From contig CAZBFJ010000001.1 of the NCBI GenBank assembly GCA_964491125.1, positions 168-64,167 of the forward strand: a DNA stretch of 64,000 nt, given 5' to 3'. A model generated the notes under the pieces. It had not been told where the DNA came from and made no database searches. It saw only the letters and a program-made list of their open reading frames with translations. The stretch is from an uncultured Myxococcales bacterium (GTDB lineage Bacteria; Myxococcota_A; Polyangia; Fen-1088). Positions within the stretch are counted from its first letter, which is position 1; each line of letters starts with the position of its first letter. A program made the translations under genes and the position numbers. Positions 1 to 9,324 of this stretch are shown here, piece after piece.

Positions 1-1770
1 CAGCCGGCTGACCGCACCGTCGGTGGTGTACTGCCCGATCGCCACGACCGCGCGCCCGCGCACTTCGGGGCGTCGATCGCCGAGAAGCTGGGCGAGGAAC
101 GGCTCCGCCGCGGGCGCGGTGATTGCCCCGAGCGCATCGATGATGCCGAGGCGAACCGGGCGCTCGTGCCCACGGTAACAGGCCATGAGACGACGGGCCG
201 TCGCGCCGTCGCCGATGCGTCCAAGGGCCCGCAACGACTGCGCGCGCGTTTCCGGATCGCGTTCGAACTGCTGCTCGAGCCGGCGCAGCGCGCGCCGCGA
301 ACGACGGTGCCCGAGCGCCTGCACGACCTCGGCGCGGACCGCCACCGAGGGATCGTCGAGCAGCGGTTCCAGCACCTCGAGAGAATCGAGCGTCTCGTTG
401 GCCGCCAACACCCCGACGGCCGCGCGCCGCACCTCCTCGCGGGGGTCCGCCAGTGCCCGCCCCACGAACTCTCGTTGCTCGGGGCAAGGAGAGATGCGCA
501 TGATCTCGAGCACGAGGGGCGCCTGCGCCTCGGCCAACTCGCGCGCCGCCAAGAGGGCGCGCGTGACCAACCCCGCGTCCATCGCGCCGAGCGCACGCAC
601 CGCGGCCTTGCGCACGGGCTCGGCCGGGTCCGCCAGGCAGCGCAACATCGACGGGACCGCTCCCTCCGCCGCCAGCCCCGCGAGGGCCCGCAACGCCGCC
701 ACCCGTACCCGCGTCTCGCTCGCACCGAGGAGCGCCACGCACGGCTCCGTCGCTTCGGCGATCCCCAGGGCCGCCACCGCCGTCGCCGAAAACACGCGAA
801 CGTCCGGGTCCGCGTGCGCCAGTCCCGCCAGCACGGCCGGGTGCGCCGCCGCCCCCGCGAATACCACCGCGTCGAGCAACGGCTCACCGATGGCGGTGTC
901 CCACGCCGCCTCGACCAGGACGGCGAAGAGGCTGGGGAGCGCCAGCGCCCGGATCACGGCGACAGCCGCCTCCTTGAGCGCGTGCTCGGCCGGCGTCACC
1001 TCGACCTCGCGTCGCGCGAGCAGCGTGACCAACCGATCGTGCACGGCCTTGGCCTCGGCCGAGGCCAGGCGCTGCCACGCCCGACTGCCATCCAGCCCCG
1101 TCGCGTCCACCATACGGCGAATGGCGTTGCCCAGCCCGAGCAGGCAACCGTTGAAGTCGCCCGACGCGACCCGGATCGAGAGGAGCTCGGCCAGGACGGT
1201 CGCGGCCGGAACCGTTGCGATCTTGCCAAGCGCCTCGATGGCCAGCTCAGAGATCGCAGAGTCCGCCGCCACGCGCATGAGCGCATGCACGCTCCCCGGA
1301 TGCGCGATGTCTCCGAGCGCGTGGGCCGCGGCGAAACGCAGCCAGGGATCGGCCTCGAGGACCGCCTCGATGGGCGAGGCCGCGGCCTGGGCGCGCAGCT
1401 TGCCGAGCGCGTCGATGGCCGCCTGCGCCACGTTCAGGTCGGGGTGCTGCAGCAGGCGAATGAGGTGCGGTACCGCCGCCGGGTCGCGGGCCTCGCCGAG
1501 CGCGGTCGCGGCGCACATGACCACGTCGGCCTCGTGCGAACGCAAGGCTCGGATGAGCGCCGAGATGCCGCTCGCCCCGCCGTGCGCGAGCGCATCCAGG
1601 ACGGCGTGACGCTGCGCAAGCTCCTCGCTCGCCGGCAATTCCCGCACCTCTTCCCGCGTAACCGCGGGCGTGGCCGGCCCGGGCGGGGGTTGCGGAGCCG
1701 CGGGATCGGGTCCGCTCAATGCCGCGAGCAAGGTTTCGTCGAGCGACGCCACGGGGCCCTGATGTTCCAT
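1..1770 (-). CDS. PBS-lyase HEAT-like repeat protein (Cpc7-like); partial, the 3' end runs past the window start
   Basis: I reverse-complemented positions 1-1770 by hand. The translation is MEHQGPVASLDETLLAALSG... with many repeats of the form AAxALGxxxDPxAVPxLxxLLxDxDxxVRxxAvxALG (e.g. LLDDPSVAVRAEVVQALGH). It starts at the ATG at 1770-1768, 1 nt after the MCP stop. The frame is still open at position 1. It is absent from the ORF track because it runs off the edge. Confidence 0.75.
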   Translation of the reverse strand, partial: MEHQGPVASLDETLLAALSGPDPAAPQPPPGPATPAVTREEVRELPASEELAQRHAVLDALAHGGASGISALIRALRSHEADVVMCAATALGEARDPAAVPHLIRLLQHPDLNVAQAAIDALGKLRAQAAASPIEAVLEADPWLRFAAAHALGDIAHPGSVHALMRVAADSAISELAIEALGKIATVPAATVLAELLSIRVASGDFNGCLLGLGNAIRRMVDATGLDGSRAWQRLASAEAKAVHDRLVTLLARREVEVTPAEHALKEAAVAVIRALALPSLFAVLVEAAWDTAIGEPLLDAVVFAGAAAHPAVLAGLAHADPDVRVFSATAVAALGIAEATEPCVALLGASETRVRVAALRALAGLAAEGAVPSMLRCLADPAEPVRKAAVRALGAMDAGLVTRALLAARELAEAQAPLVLEIMRISPCPEQREFVGRALADPREEVRRAAVGVLAANETLDSLEVLEPLLDDPSVAVRAEVVQALGHRRSRRALRRLEQQFERDPETRAQSLRALGRIGDGATARRLMACYRGHERPVRLGIIDALGAITAPAAEPFLAQLLGDRRPEVRGRAVVAIGQYTTDGAVSRL

Positions 1771-1771
1771 G

Positions 1772-4129
1772 TTAGACGGTGAAGGTCTCCATCCGCTGCC
1801 GCAAGGACTCGGCCTCGGCGGCCAGGTCCTTGGCAGCAAGATTGAGCTCCTCTACCACCTGGAGATTCTGCCTGGCAACCTCGGCGATCGACTCGGTCGA
1901 CCTGACCACCGTCTCCCCGCCACGCTTCTGCTCGAGCGTGGCCTCGAGCATCGAGCTCGTGAGCGCGCTCATCCGCCGAGACGCGGTCACGATCTCCGCC
2001 GCGCTGCCGGCGTTCTCGCGGGCAGCCACGGCGATCTGCTGGGCGATCCCCGACATGTTCTCGGCGACCCTCAGGGTCTGTCGCGCGGCCTCGCTCTGGC
2101 TCTCGGTGGCGAGGGCGCTGGCCGCGATGATGGTGGACGTCTTGTCGATGGAGGCCATCATCCCCACGAGAACGTCGTCGGTCAAGGTCACGGCCGCGCC
2201 CACGTCCTTCTGCACCCCCTCGATGATGCTGCCGATGTCCCGCGTGGCCTGTGCACTGCGCTCCGCCAAGCGCTTGACCTCGTCGGCGACCACGCCAAAG
2301 CCGCGGCCCGCCTCTCCGGCGCGCGCGGCCTCGATGGCCGCGTTCAAGGCCAGCAGGTTCGTCTGATCGGCGATCTCTTCGATCAGCCGCAGGATCTTGC
2401 TAATCTCCCGCGCCCGCTCGCCAATCGCGCCGATCGAGTGCTGCAGGGTCTCGCTGCCCGATTTGACCGAGCCCAGGGTCGCCTTCGACATCTCGTTGGC
2501 GGTCCGGGCCTGCGCCGTGACCTGCGCGATGTTGGCCGTGAGGCCTCCGAGGTGCATGGTGGCCTCCTGGGAGGACACGAGCAAGGATTGTCCATGCAGC
2601 GCGGTCCGCTCCAAGGTTTCGTACATCCGCTGGAAAGCAGAGGTGGTCTCCTCCACGCTGGCCGACAGGGAGGTGGCGGTCGCGGAGAGCTGTTGGATCT
2701 TCGCGGCGATGTCCCCCATGCTGGTCGAGGTCGTGCTGGTGGCGGCCGACTGGGTCTCCGCGCCCTTGCCGAGCTGCTCTCCCGAGCGTGAGATCCGTTC
2801 GGAAGCCACCGCCACCGTTCGCGAGGCGGCGAGAATGGAACGGATGGTCCCGCGCAGGTTGGCCGCCATCTTGCGCATGGAATGAAGGAGCTGCCCAACC
2901 TCGTCCGTCGAGCGCGTCTCGGCGATCTCGACCGCGAAGTTCTGCGCGGCCAGGCTGTTGGCCGATTCGACCGCCAGGGTGATGGGCACGGTGATACTGC
3001 GGACGATGACCGACACCAGACCGGCCGCCAGGAGCACGGCGATCGCGACCAGCGCCAGCGACCAACGCTCCTGATCCTGGCGCGCCACCACCTTGTCGTT
3101 CAGCTCGCTCCCACGGGTGGCCAGCGCAGCGTCGAAGGTCGCGAACAGCCCGTCGAGAGCGCCGCCCACCTCGGCGCGCAAGGCCGCCACGGTCTCCGCG
3201 CTGCCCGCGTCTTTCGTCGAGCTGGCGAGCTGCTTGGCCACCCCCATCGCCCGTCGCGCCGAGCGGTGCCATTCGTCGAAGGGCGCCTTCACCGGGACCA
3301 CCAGCCGGGGCGCAGGCAGCGGGACGCCCCCTTGCGAGACCTCGATGAGGTCGCGCTCGACGTCGGCCAGGTTCATCGCCAGGGCCTCGCTGGCGCTCAG
3401 CAGCTCGGCGCGGGTCGCGAGCGGGACCTCGTCTCGCAGCAGCCACTTGCCGCCGAGCTCGGCGATGTGCTCGAGGCTCCAGGCCGCTTGCGGCAGTCGG
3501 CGCAGGATCGCGTCGTCGAGATGCGCCGCCCCCGCGGTCAGCACCTCGGTTTCGCTGGCCAACATCGCGAGTTGCAGAAACCAGACCGCCACCGAGTCGC
3601 GCAGCGGCTGGCTCAGATCCGCCGAGGTATCCATCACTGCCTGACCGCTCATGGCGCGCAGCCGGCTGAGCGTCTCGGGCATCCGCAGGCGCGCCAGCTC
3701 GGGGTTGGCCCCACACCCCGCGCTGCCCAGGCTGTCGAGCTCGGCCACCGAAGTCGCCAGGACGCGGCGGGCGTTGCCGAACATCTCGTCCACCTGGGCG
3801 AGCCCGGTGGCGCCGTTCAGCAGGATCTGCTGGCGCAAGATTCGCCGGAGCGGCTGCGCGTAGCTCCCCATGCACTGCATGCGCTTCATGCGGTCCACCT
3901 GGTCCTTACTCTTGCCGACGAAGTCGCGCAGGAAGAACACGGTCGGCAACAAGAGCACGACCATGATGAGCACCAGCTTCCACCAGAGCGTCAGGTGCCG
4001 GAGGAGGGGCGCGCCTTCGACACGGCCCAACCAGAAGCGGCGTCGGTGTTCGCCTGCAGCGGGTTCTGGCGCGCTCTTCTCGCCGCGCACGGCGGCCTCC
4101 AAGCTTGGGGTCCTCACTCGTCGGCTCAT
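1772..4129 (-). CDS. Methyl-accepting chemotaxis protein (TM1 - roughly 300-aa periplasmic sensor - TM2 - HAMP - MA signalling domain)
   Basis: 785-aa ORF. It has the conserved MCP signalling hairpin ([35 protein letters not shown]) and two TM helices ([20 protein letters not shown] and [19 protein letters not shown]). The ATG at 4129 overlaps the cheW stop (ATGA). Confidence 0.9.
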   Translation of the reverse strand: MSRRVRTPSLEAAVRGEKSAPEPAAGEHRRRFWLGRVEGAPLLRHLTLWWKLVLIMVVLLLPTVFFLRDFVGKSKDQVDRMKRMQCMGSYAQPLRRILRQQILLNGATGLAQVDEMFGNARRVLATSVAELDSLGSAGCGANPELARLRMPETLSRLRAMSGQAVMDTSADLSQPLRDSVAVWFLQLAMLASETEVLTAGAAHLDDAILRRLPQAAWSLEHIAELGGKWLLRDEVPLATRAELLSASEALAMNLADVERDLIEVSQGGVPLPAPRLVVPVKAPFDEWHRSARRAMGVAKQLASSTKDAGSAETVAALRAEVGGALDGLFATFDAALATRGSELNDKVVARQDQERWSLALVAIAVLLAAGLVSVIVRSITVPITLAVESANSLAAQNFAVEIAETRSTDEVGQLLHSMRKMAANLRGTIRSILAASRTVAVASERISRSGEQLGKGAETQSAATSTTSTSMGDIAAKIQQLSATATSLSASVEETTSAFQRMYETLERTALHGQSLLVSSQEATMHLGGLTANIAQVTAQARTANEMSKATLGSVKSGSETLQHSIGAIGERAREISKILRLIEEIADQTNLLALNAAIEAARAGEAGRGFGVVADEVKRLAERSAQATRDIGSIIEGVQKDVGAAVTLTDDVLVGMMASIDKTSTIIAASALATESQSEAARQTLRVAENMSGIAQQIAVAARENAGSAAEIVTASRRMSALTSSMLEATLEQKRGGETVVRSTESIAEVARQNLQVVEELNLAAKDLAAEAESLRQRMETFTV

Positions 4130-4680
4130 GTCGCTTCCCCTTTCGTGGGTGGCGAGGCTGCCTCGTCGCGTAGAAAGCCTTCCGCGTCGAGCAGGGTGAT
4201 CCGCCGGTCCTCGACGCTGCCCACCCCGGTGATACCGGGAACGGCCACGCCCGGGGGCGGCGCCGCGATGTCACCCGAGGCGAGCTTGACCACGCGGGCC
4301 ACGCGGTCCACCAACAGCGCGAGCTGGCGACCGGCAACCTCGACCACCAGCAGTCGCGACTTCGGCGTCGGCAAGCCTCCCGCGAGCCCGGCCCGGGAAC
4401 GAGCGTCCACCACCGGCACGATGTGGCCACGCAGGCTCACGACGCCGCGAACGTGGGCGGGTGCCTCGGGGAGGCGGGTGAGGGTCGACACCCGCACGAT
4501 CTCGCGACACTGCAGGATGGGGACGCCGTATTCGTCGTCGCGCAGAAAGAAGGTCACGTACGCCGTGAGAGCCGTCGCGGACCGAGCCGCCGGCTCCGAT
4601 CCGGGCGCACGCAGGCTGTCCACGAACCCGAGCAACGAGCCATCCGCCACCCCGCCAACCTTCACGGGCTCAGAGGACAT
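4126..4680 (-). CDS. cheW: Chemotaxis coupling protein CheW
   Basis: The C-terminal 180 aa of ORF 4126..5025 is a CheW domain ([23 protein letters not shown]...[22 protein letters not shown]). The N-terminal 115 codons of the track ORF are Arg/Trp-rich junk that overlaps cheA. I chose the ATG at 4680 ([10 protein letters not shown]), which overlaps the cheA stop by 11 nt. Confidence 0.8.
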   Translation of the reverse strand: MSSEPVKVGGVADGSLLGFVDSLRAPGSEPAARSATALTAYVTFFLRDDEYGVPILQCREIVRVSTLTRLPEAPAHVRGVVSLRGHIVPVVDARSRAGLAGGLPTPKSRLLVVEVAGRQLALLVDRVARVVKLASGDIAAPPPGVAVPGITGVGSVEDRRITLLDAEGFLRDEAASPPTKGEAT

Positions 4681-6382
4681 CGCCAAAGGCCTCCTCGCCG
4701 GCCGCGCTCGGCGTGCTTGGCTGCCGGGCCTTCCCGATCCGGCGCACCACCTCCATGCAATCGAGGATCGGCACCACCCGCCCCTGGGCCAGCACCGTCG
4801 CACCGGTGACCAGGTGGCAGGCTGCGAGCGTCCCGTCAAGCGGCTTGACCACGATCTCCTGGACGCCCGCCAGCCAATCGACCAGCAGGACACCGCGGTT
4901 GTTGCCTGCCTGCAGGACCACACCGTAGGGCCGGGTCCACGCCTGGGAGAGCCCCTGGCATCCGAGCAACCGCCCGCCATCCGCCGCGCGCACGAAATCG
5001 CCCCGCCAGGAAACCAGCAGGACACGGTTGATCTCCTGCAAATCGCGCTCGCGGCTCTCGAGGGTGTCGAGCACGAAACCGGCGGGGAGCGCGAAGCTCT
5101 CGCTGTCCACGCCGAAGATGAGCGCCCGCTGCAGCGACACGGTCACCGGCAGGTCCAGCACGAACTCCGTTCCCTTTCCCGGCGTGGAGCGGACGTCGAT
5201 GCCGCCGCCCAACCCCTGCACCGCCGCCGCCACCACGTCGAGCCCCACCCCACGTCCCGCGAGACTGGTGACCACCTTGGCGGTGGAGAAGCCCGCCTGG
5301 AAGATGAGGCGCTGCAGCTCCTGCGGACCCATTCCATCGACGTCCACGCCGTGCGCCTTGGCCTTGGCCGCGATCGCGGCGAGGTCGAGCCCACGACCGT
5401 CGTCGCCAATCCGCACGTCGACCCGGCCCTCCCGGAGCCGCGCGGAGAGCACGATCCTCGCCGCCAGCGGCTTGCCGGCGCGCACACGCTCCTCGGCGGG
5501 CTCGATCCCGTGCGCGACTGCGTTCCGCACGAGGTGGACGAGCGGCTCGAACAGGCGGCCGATGATCGCGCGATCCACGGCGGTCTCGCCGCCCTCGATC
5601 ACGAGCTCGATGGCCTGCCCGCGGTCACGGGCCAGGTCACGCAGGTAGCGCTGGAAGCGCCGGAACAGCGTCCCGATGGGCGCCAACCGGACCCGCAGGA
5701 GCTCGTCGCGCATCCGGCGTGCCAAGCGCCCGAGCTCGGCCACGAGCTGATCCATGAGGGCGACATCGCCGGCCTCGAACTGGTTGCGCGCGAATCGCCC
5801 ATGGATGCGCGCCAGCTCGGCCTGGCCGACGATCGTCTCGCCGCTGAGCTCGAGCAGCTCGTCGAGCGCCCCGTCCGCGATACGCGTGCTTCCCGGTCGA
5901 TCGCCCTCCGTGGCCGCTGCCGCCGGCTCCACCATCGGCACGACGGGGCGCGGGGCGCCTCCCTCGGCGGGCGCGCGCGCCCCCCGCGCCTGGGTCTGGG
6001 CCGCGGCGCGCGCCACGAACGCCTCCACCTCGTCCGCCGGGAGCTCCCCCGACGGAGCCGAGGCAACGAGCCGATCGAGCAGATCGCAACCTTCGATGAG
6101 CGCCTGCGCCAGGGCCGTCGGCTCGCCGGGCGGTGGGTCGGAAACTCGCGGGCACAGGTCCTCGAGCGCGTGCGCCAGCCGCTCGATAGGCCCAAATCCC
6201 ATCATGGCGCCGTTGCCCTTGATGGTGTGCAGGTTGCTGCGAATACCGCGCAGGACCGCGCTCCCGTCCCCGCCCGCCCGCCAGACCTCCTCGAGCTTGA
6301 GCAGGAGGCCCCCCACCTCTTGCGAGAACGGCCGCGTCTCGTCGACGAAGTCGTTGACCAAGGATGAGAAGATCCCTTCCAC
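4670..6382 (-). CDS. cheA: Chemotaxis histidine kinase CheA (HPt - dimerisation - HATPase_c - CheW-like)
   Basis: The HPt phospho-His motif is HTIKGNGAMMGF. The ATP-binding G-boxes are DDGRGLD and GRGVGLDVV. The C-terminal CheW-like domain is present. The track ORF continues upstream to 7132 as low-complexity Arg/Gly sequence overlapping the next gene. I chose the in-frame GTG at 6382 (VEGIFSSLVNDF), which lies after a GAGGGCGGC RBS and 11 nt past the upstream gene's stop. Confidence 0.85.
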   Translation of the reverse strand: MEGIFSSLVNDFVDETRPFSQEVGGLLLKLEEVWRAGGDGSAVLRGIRSNLHTIKGNGAMMGFGPIERLAHALEDLCPRVSDPPPGEPTALAQALIEGCDLLDRLVASAPSGELPADEVEAFVARAAAQTQARGARAPAEGGAPRPVVPMVEPAAAATEGDRPGSTRIADGALDELLELSGETIVGQAELARIHGRFARNQFEAGDVALMDQLVAELGRLARRMRDELLRVRLAPIGTLFRRFQRYLRDLARDRGQAIELVIEGGETAVDRAIIGRLFEPLVHLVRNAVAHGIEPAEERVRAGKPLAARIVLSARLREGRVDVRIGDDGRGLDLAAIAAKAKAHGVDVDGMGPQELQRLIFQAGFSTAKVVTSLAGRGVGLDVVAAAVQGLGGGIDVRSTPGKGTEFVLDLPVTVSLQRALIFGVDSESFALPAGFVLDTLESRERDLQEINRVLLVSWRGDFVRAADGGRLLGCQGLSQAWTRPYGVVLQAGNNRGVLLVDWLAGVQEIVVKPLDGTLAACHLVTGATVLAQGRVVPILDCMEVVRRIGKARQPSTPSAAGEEAFGDVL

Positions 6383-6393
6383 GCCGCCCTCGC

Positions 6394-8127
6394 CTACCCG
6401 GTCTTGCGTTCTCCGAAGATGGCCTCTGGCACGTCGGGGACGGGCCTCGAGCGGCGGAGGAACTCGTTCTCCAGCGCCAGGCCGAGCTGAAAAGCGGCCA
6501 GCTCGAAGATCTCGATGTCGCCGATCGGCCGATCGCGCGAACCGTTGTCCATGTAGATGGCCGCGATCATGCGAGCGCTCCCCGGCACGGGCAGGACCGC
6601 GATCTCCCCGGTACGAGGTCGATCGACCACCTGCGCGAAGCCCGCCGGGAGCTTCGCCTCGTCGTAGTAGACCCGCCGGGGACGACTGTCCGATAGGCAG
6701 TTCTTGAAGATCCCCGCGTCGCCGATGGGGACGATCAGCCCCTTGGTCACCCTCGCCAAGGGCGCGCCTTCGAGCGTGTTGCCGAACGCACCGAGCGCGA
6801 CGAGGCGGTCGAGATGCGGCACGAAGAGCACTCCGCGCTCGAGAGACTCGGCCACGGCCGCCATTAGGTTCGACGACACCGAGGTCCCGAGCAGCCCGGA
6901 GCGCAGGTCGGCGATGATCCGTCGCAAGCGGGCGAAGCTGGTGCGAATTCCCTCGGCGATCGCGACCTCGTTCGCCATGTACTTGCGCTGGCGCGCCGCC
7001 GACTGCATGCAGGCGACGATGGTGGCCGGAACCGCCGAGGTCACCGACAGGACGCCCACCTGGTACATCTCTCGCAACGGCGCGCGTCCCTCGAAGAGCG
7101 CGATGACCGCCGCCCGCGGACGGGACCGGCAAAGCGCCGCCAGCGTGGCCAAGGCGGTCGGCTGGTAGCGCAGGTCGACCACCACGATGGGGGGCGCCTC
7201 GCCGAGGAGGGAGGCGCCGGCATCGCGGAGCGCGACCGCCGAAACGTGGTCACCCCCGAGGGCCAAGAGCGCGTTGAGCTGCGCGCACAGCTCGGCGTCC
7301 GGCGAGACCAATTGGAAGCGAAGGCGGTCGACGGCCGGCATCGGCGTCGGCTCCCTAGGCGAAGAGTCGCGCGGGAGCCCGGGTCTCGCGCCGAGGCCGT
7401 CGCTCGCCTCCGTTTCGGCGACCAGCCCGGCCGGCCGCCTGGCGCCGCCCTTGGTCCCACTCTCCGCCGGCACCGCCTCGAGCTCGGCGCTCTCGCTCAG
7501 CGGCTGCCGGACCGTGACCTGCTCCGGGGGCTGGTCCCCGGTCGTCGCGTCCACGTCGTCCGGAGCCGGGATCACGTCATCGAAGCCCGTCAGCGGCTCT
7601 TCCGCGCCCGCCGACCCGGGCTCGAGCTCGCTCTCCTCGAGCCGCCGCAGGGCCTCCATCAGCACGGCCTGCGTGTCGAGGTCCAGCTTGGGGGCGCCGG
7701 TGAAGCGCGTGACCTCGACCACCGGGGTAAGGTCGTCGACAGCGAACTCGAAAGAGCCCGACTTCCAGGTGCAGATCTCGGCCACCACCCGCTCGATCTC
7801 CTTCGCCATCACGTCGCGGATGACCTCGGGGGTGGTGGCGTTCATCTTGACGAGGTAGTGGCCTATCGGGCGCCGCGGTCGGTCGCCGTTCTGCGCCGCC
7901 AACGCCGCGGCCAAGAGGGTTTGGTCGAGAACCCCGGCCGCCACCAGCAGCTCGCCTACCCGCAAGGTGCGCGCGTTCCACGCGCTCACGATGCGGCCGC
8001 GCTCGAAGCCGATGATCGCTTCCTCTTCCCCGTTGTTGATCGTCAAGCTCCCCGAGTGCCCGCCCACGCGAATGAGCTGCATCACATCCGCCACGGCCAC
8101 GTCCTCGATCATGCCCTGGAAGCTCAT
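6394..8127 (-). CDS. DUF4388 - receiver-like - GAF multidomain signalling protein
   Basis: The N-terminus (IEDVAVADVMQLIRVGGHSGSLTINNGEEEAIIGFERGRIVSA) matches the DUF4388 pattern. The middle segment (PIVVVDLRYQPTALATLAALC...) looks like a divergent receiver fold. The C-terminal roughly 150 aa (VLFVPHLDRLVALGAFGN...IAAIYMDNGSRDRPIGDIEIFELAAFQLGLALEN) is GAF-like. It sits 31 nt downstream of the GAF gene and 11 nt upstream of cheA. Confidence 0.75.
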   Translation of the reverse strand: MSFQGMIEDVAVADVMQLIRVGGHSGSLTINNGEEEAIIGFERGRIVSAWNARTLRVGELLVAAGVLDQTLLAAALAAQNGDRPRRPIGHYLVKMNATTPEVIRDVMAKEIERVVAEICTWKSGSFEFAVDDLTPVVEVTRFTGAPKLDLDTQAVLMEALRRLEESELEPGSAGAEEPLTGFDDVIPAPDDVDATTGDQPPEQVTVRQPLSESAELEAVPAESGTKGGARRPAGLVAETEASDGLGARPGLPRDSSPREPTPMPAVDRLRFQLVSPDAELCAQLNALLALGGDHVSAVALRDAGASLLGEAPPIVVVDLRYQPTALATLAALCRSRPRAAVIALFEGRAPLREMYQVGVLSVTSAVPATIVACMQSAARQRKYMANEVAIAEGIRTSFARLRRIIADLRSGLLGTSVSSNLMAAVAESLERGVLFVPHLDRLVALGAFGNTLEGAPLARVTKGLIVPIGDAGIFKNCLSDSRPRRVYYDEAKLPAGFAQVVDRPRTGEIAVLPVPGSARMIAAIYMDNGSRDRPIGDIEIFELAAFQLGLALENEFLRRSRPVPDVPEAIFGERKTG

Positions 8128-8158
8128 CGCGTCCCTCGCATGGGAGCTGCCCTGGTCA

Positions 8159-8920
8159 TCACCCCTTCTTGACGAGCTTGATCAGCCCCTCCAAGGTTCG
8201 CAGCTTGCGAGCGGCGCGCGCGTAGACGCGCGAGGCAAAGAGCGCCGAGGCCGCGTGCGCGCCCAGAAGATCGAGCAGCTCGCGGTCTTCTTCTTCGAGG
8301 GCGGCCTTGTGCTCGAACAGCTTGGTGACGACGAGCGCCCCGACCGTGACGTCCTGCACGCGCAGGGGCACGACCACCAGCACCGGCGAGCTTTCGGTCG
8401 GGCCGAAGCGCAACAGGCCGTCGAGCAACGACGCGTCGATCAAGGGATCGCCCCCGCTGTACGTCGGCTGGCTCGCCCAGGGAGCCGCGATCTCTCCCTC
8501 GCGCAGGCGGATCTCGAGCGCGCTGCCATCTTCGGCGTGCAGGAGCAGCAGGAAGTGCTCGGCCCCGAGCAGGTTGACCGCGATCTCGGCGATCGTGGAC
8601 TGCACGTCGGCGGGATCCAGCGTGGCGTGTAGCTGGTACGTCGCCACGTAGAGGGTCATCAGGCGCCCGACCTGGTGCTCGACCTCGACCAGGCGAGAGG
8701 CCAGCTCCTCCCGATCGTTCTCGGCCTGGGCCAAGCGAGCCTCGCGCTCCGGAATCTCCGTCGAAGCAGCCCGCTGCTGCACCACGGACTGACTCGCTTC
8801 CTCGATGGCCCTCTGCGCGTCGCGAATGAGCTGCCGGGCGCGCATCAGCGTGGCGAGCGGGTCCGTGCTGTCTAGCCCCGTGCTGGATGAACCGGCGGCC
8901 ATGGCTTCACCGTCCTTCAT
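8159..8920 (-). CDS. Coiled-coil + GAF domain protein
   Basis: 253 aa. The N-terminus is a coiled coil (RARQLIRDAQRAIEEASQSVVQQRAAS...). The C-terminus is a GAF-like fold (NLLGAEHFLLLLHAEDGSALEIRL...VLVVVPLRVQDVTVGALVVTKLFEHK). The ATG at 8920 overlaps the cheY-like stop (ATGA). Confidence 0.7.
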   Translation of the reverse strand: MKDGEAMAAGSSSTGLDSTDPLATLMRARQLIRDAQRAIEEASQSVVQQRAASTEIPEREARLAQAENDREELASRLVEVEHQVGRLMTLYVATYQLHATLDPADVQSTIAEIAVNLLGAEHFLLLLHAEDGSALEIRLREGEIAAPWASQPTYSGGDPLIDASLLDGLLRFGPTESSPVLVVVPLRVQDVTVGALVVTKLFEHKAALEEEDRELLDLLGAHAASALFASRVYARAARKLRTLEGLIKLVKKG

Positions 8921-9324
8921 GGAAGCGTGGGAGCGGAGGTGGGGGCCGGGCTGGTGGTGAGACGCCCGATGATCTTGAGCAGGTCCTCGCGCTGGAACGG
9001 CTTCTTGAGGTAAGCGACGGCTCCCGCCTGGAGCCCGCGGGCCACGTCCTCTTCCTTTCCCTCGGTCGAGACGATGACCACCGGGATCTTCGCGAAGTCG
9101 TCGCTCTGCTTGACCTCCTTCAAGAACTCGAGCCCCGTCATGTGCGGCATGTTGATGTCGAGGATGATGACATCGACGTCCTCGTGCTCGGCCAGCCGGG
9201 CCAGACCTTCACGGCCGTCGTGGGCCGCGATCAGCATGCAGGGCCGCAGCATCACCTCGTACATCTTGTGGATGAGGCGCGAGTCCTCGACCACGAGCAC
9301 CTTGCGAGTCTTGGCGACGTTCAA
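8917..9324 (-). CDS. cheY: CheY-like single-domain response regulator
   Basis: The C-terminus of track ORF 8917..10074. I chose the TTG start at 9324 (MNVAKTRKVLVVEDS...) after a GGGAGG RBS with 6-nt spacing. The receiver has the acidic pair EDS, the phospho-Asp in ILDINMP, VST and LKKP. The upstream part of the track ORF is Pro/Ser/Arg junk. Confidence 0.8.
   Translation of the reverse strand: MNVAKTRKVLVVEDSRLIHKMYEVMLRPCMLIAAHDGREGLARLAEHEDVDVIILDINMPHMTGLEFLKEVKQSDDFAKIPVVIVSTEGKEEDVARGLQAGAVAYLKKPFQREDLLKIIGRLTTSPAPTSAPTLP

Noticed and set aside
166-1782. 538-aa and 474-aa plus-strand ORFs at the window start
   Set aside because: Both are antisense to the HEAT-repeat gene, whose reverse-complement translation gives clean PBS-lyase HEAT repeats. 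The plus-strand translations are Arg-rich junk.
2882-6367. 1161-aa plus-strand ORF, the longest in the track
   Set aside because: It is antisense to the MCP, cheW and cheA genes. Its translation is Arg/Gly/His/Asp low-complexity sequence with no motifs. This is a typical GC-rich shadow ORF.
6383-7132. N-terminal extension of the cheA ORF up to 7132 as listed in the track
   Set aside because: It would overlap the DUF4388/GAF gene by 740 nt in another frame and is composed of Arg/Gly repeats. The in-frame GTG at 6382 just downstream of the preceding stop, with an RBS, is the plausible start.
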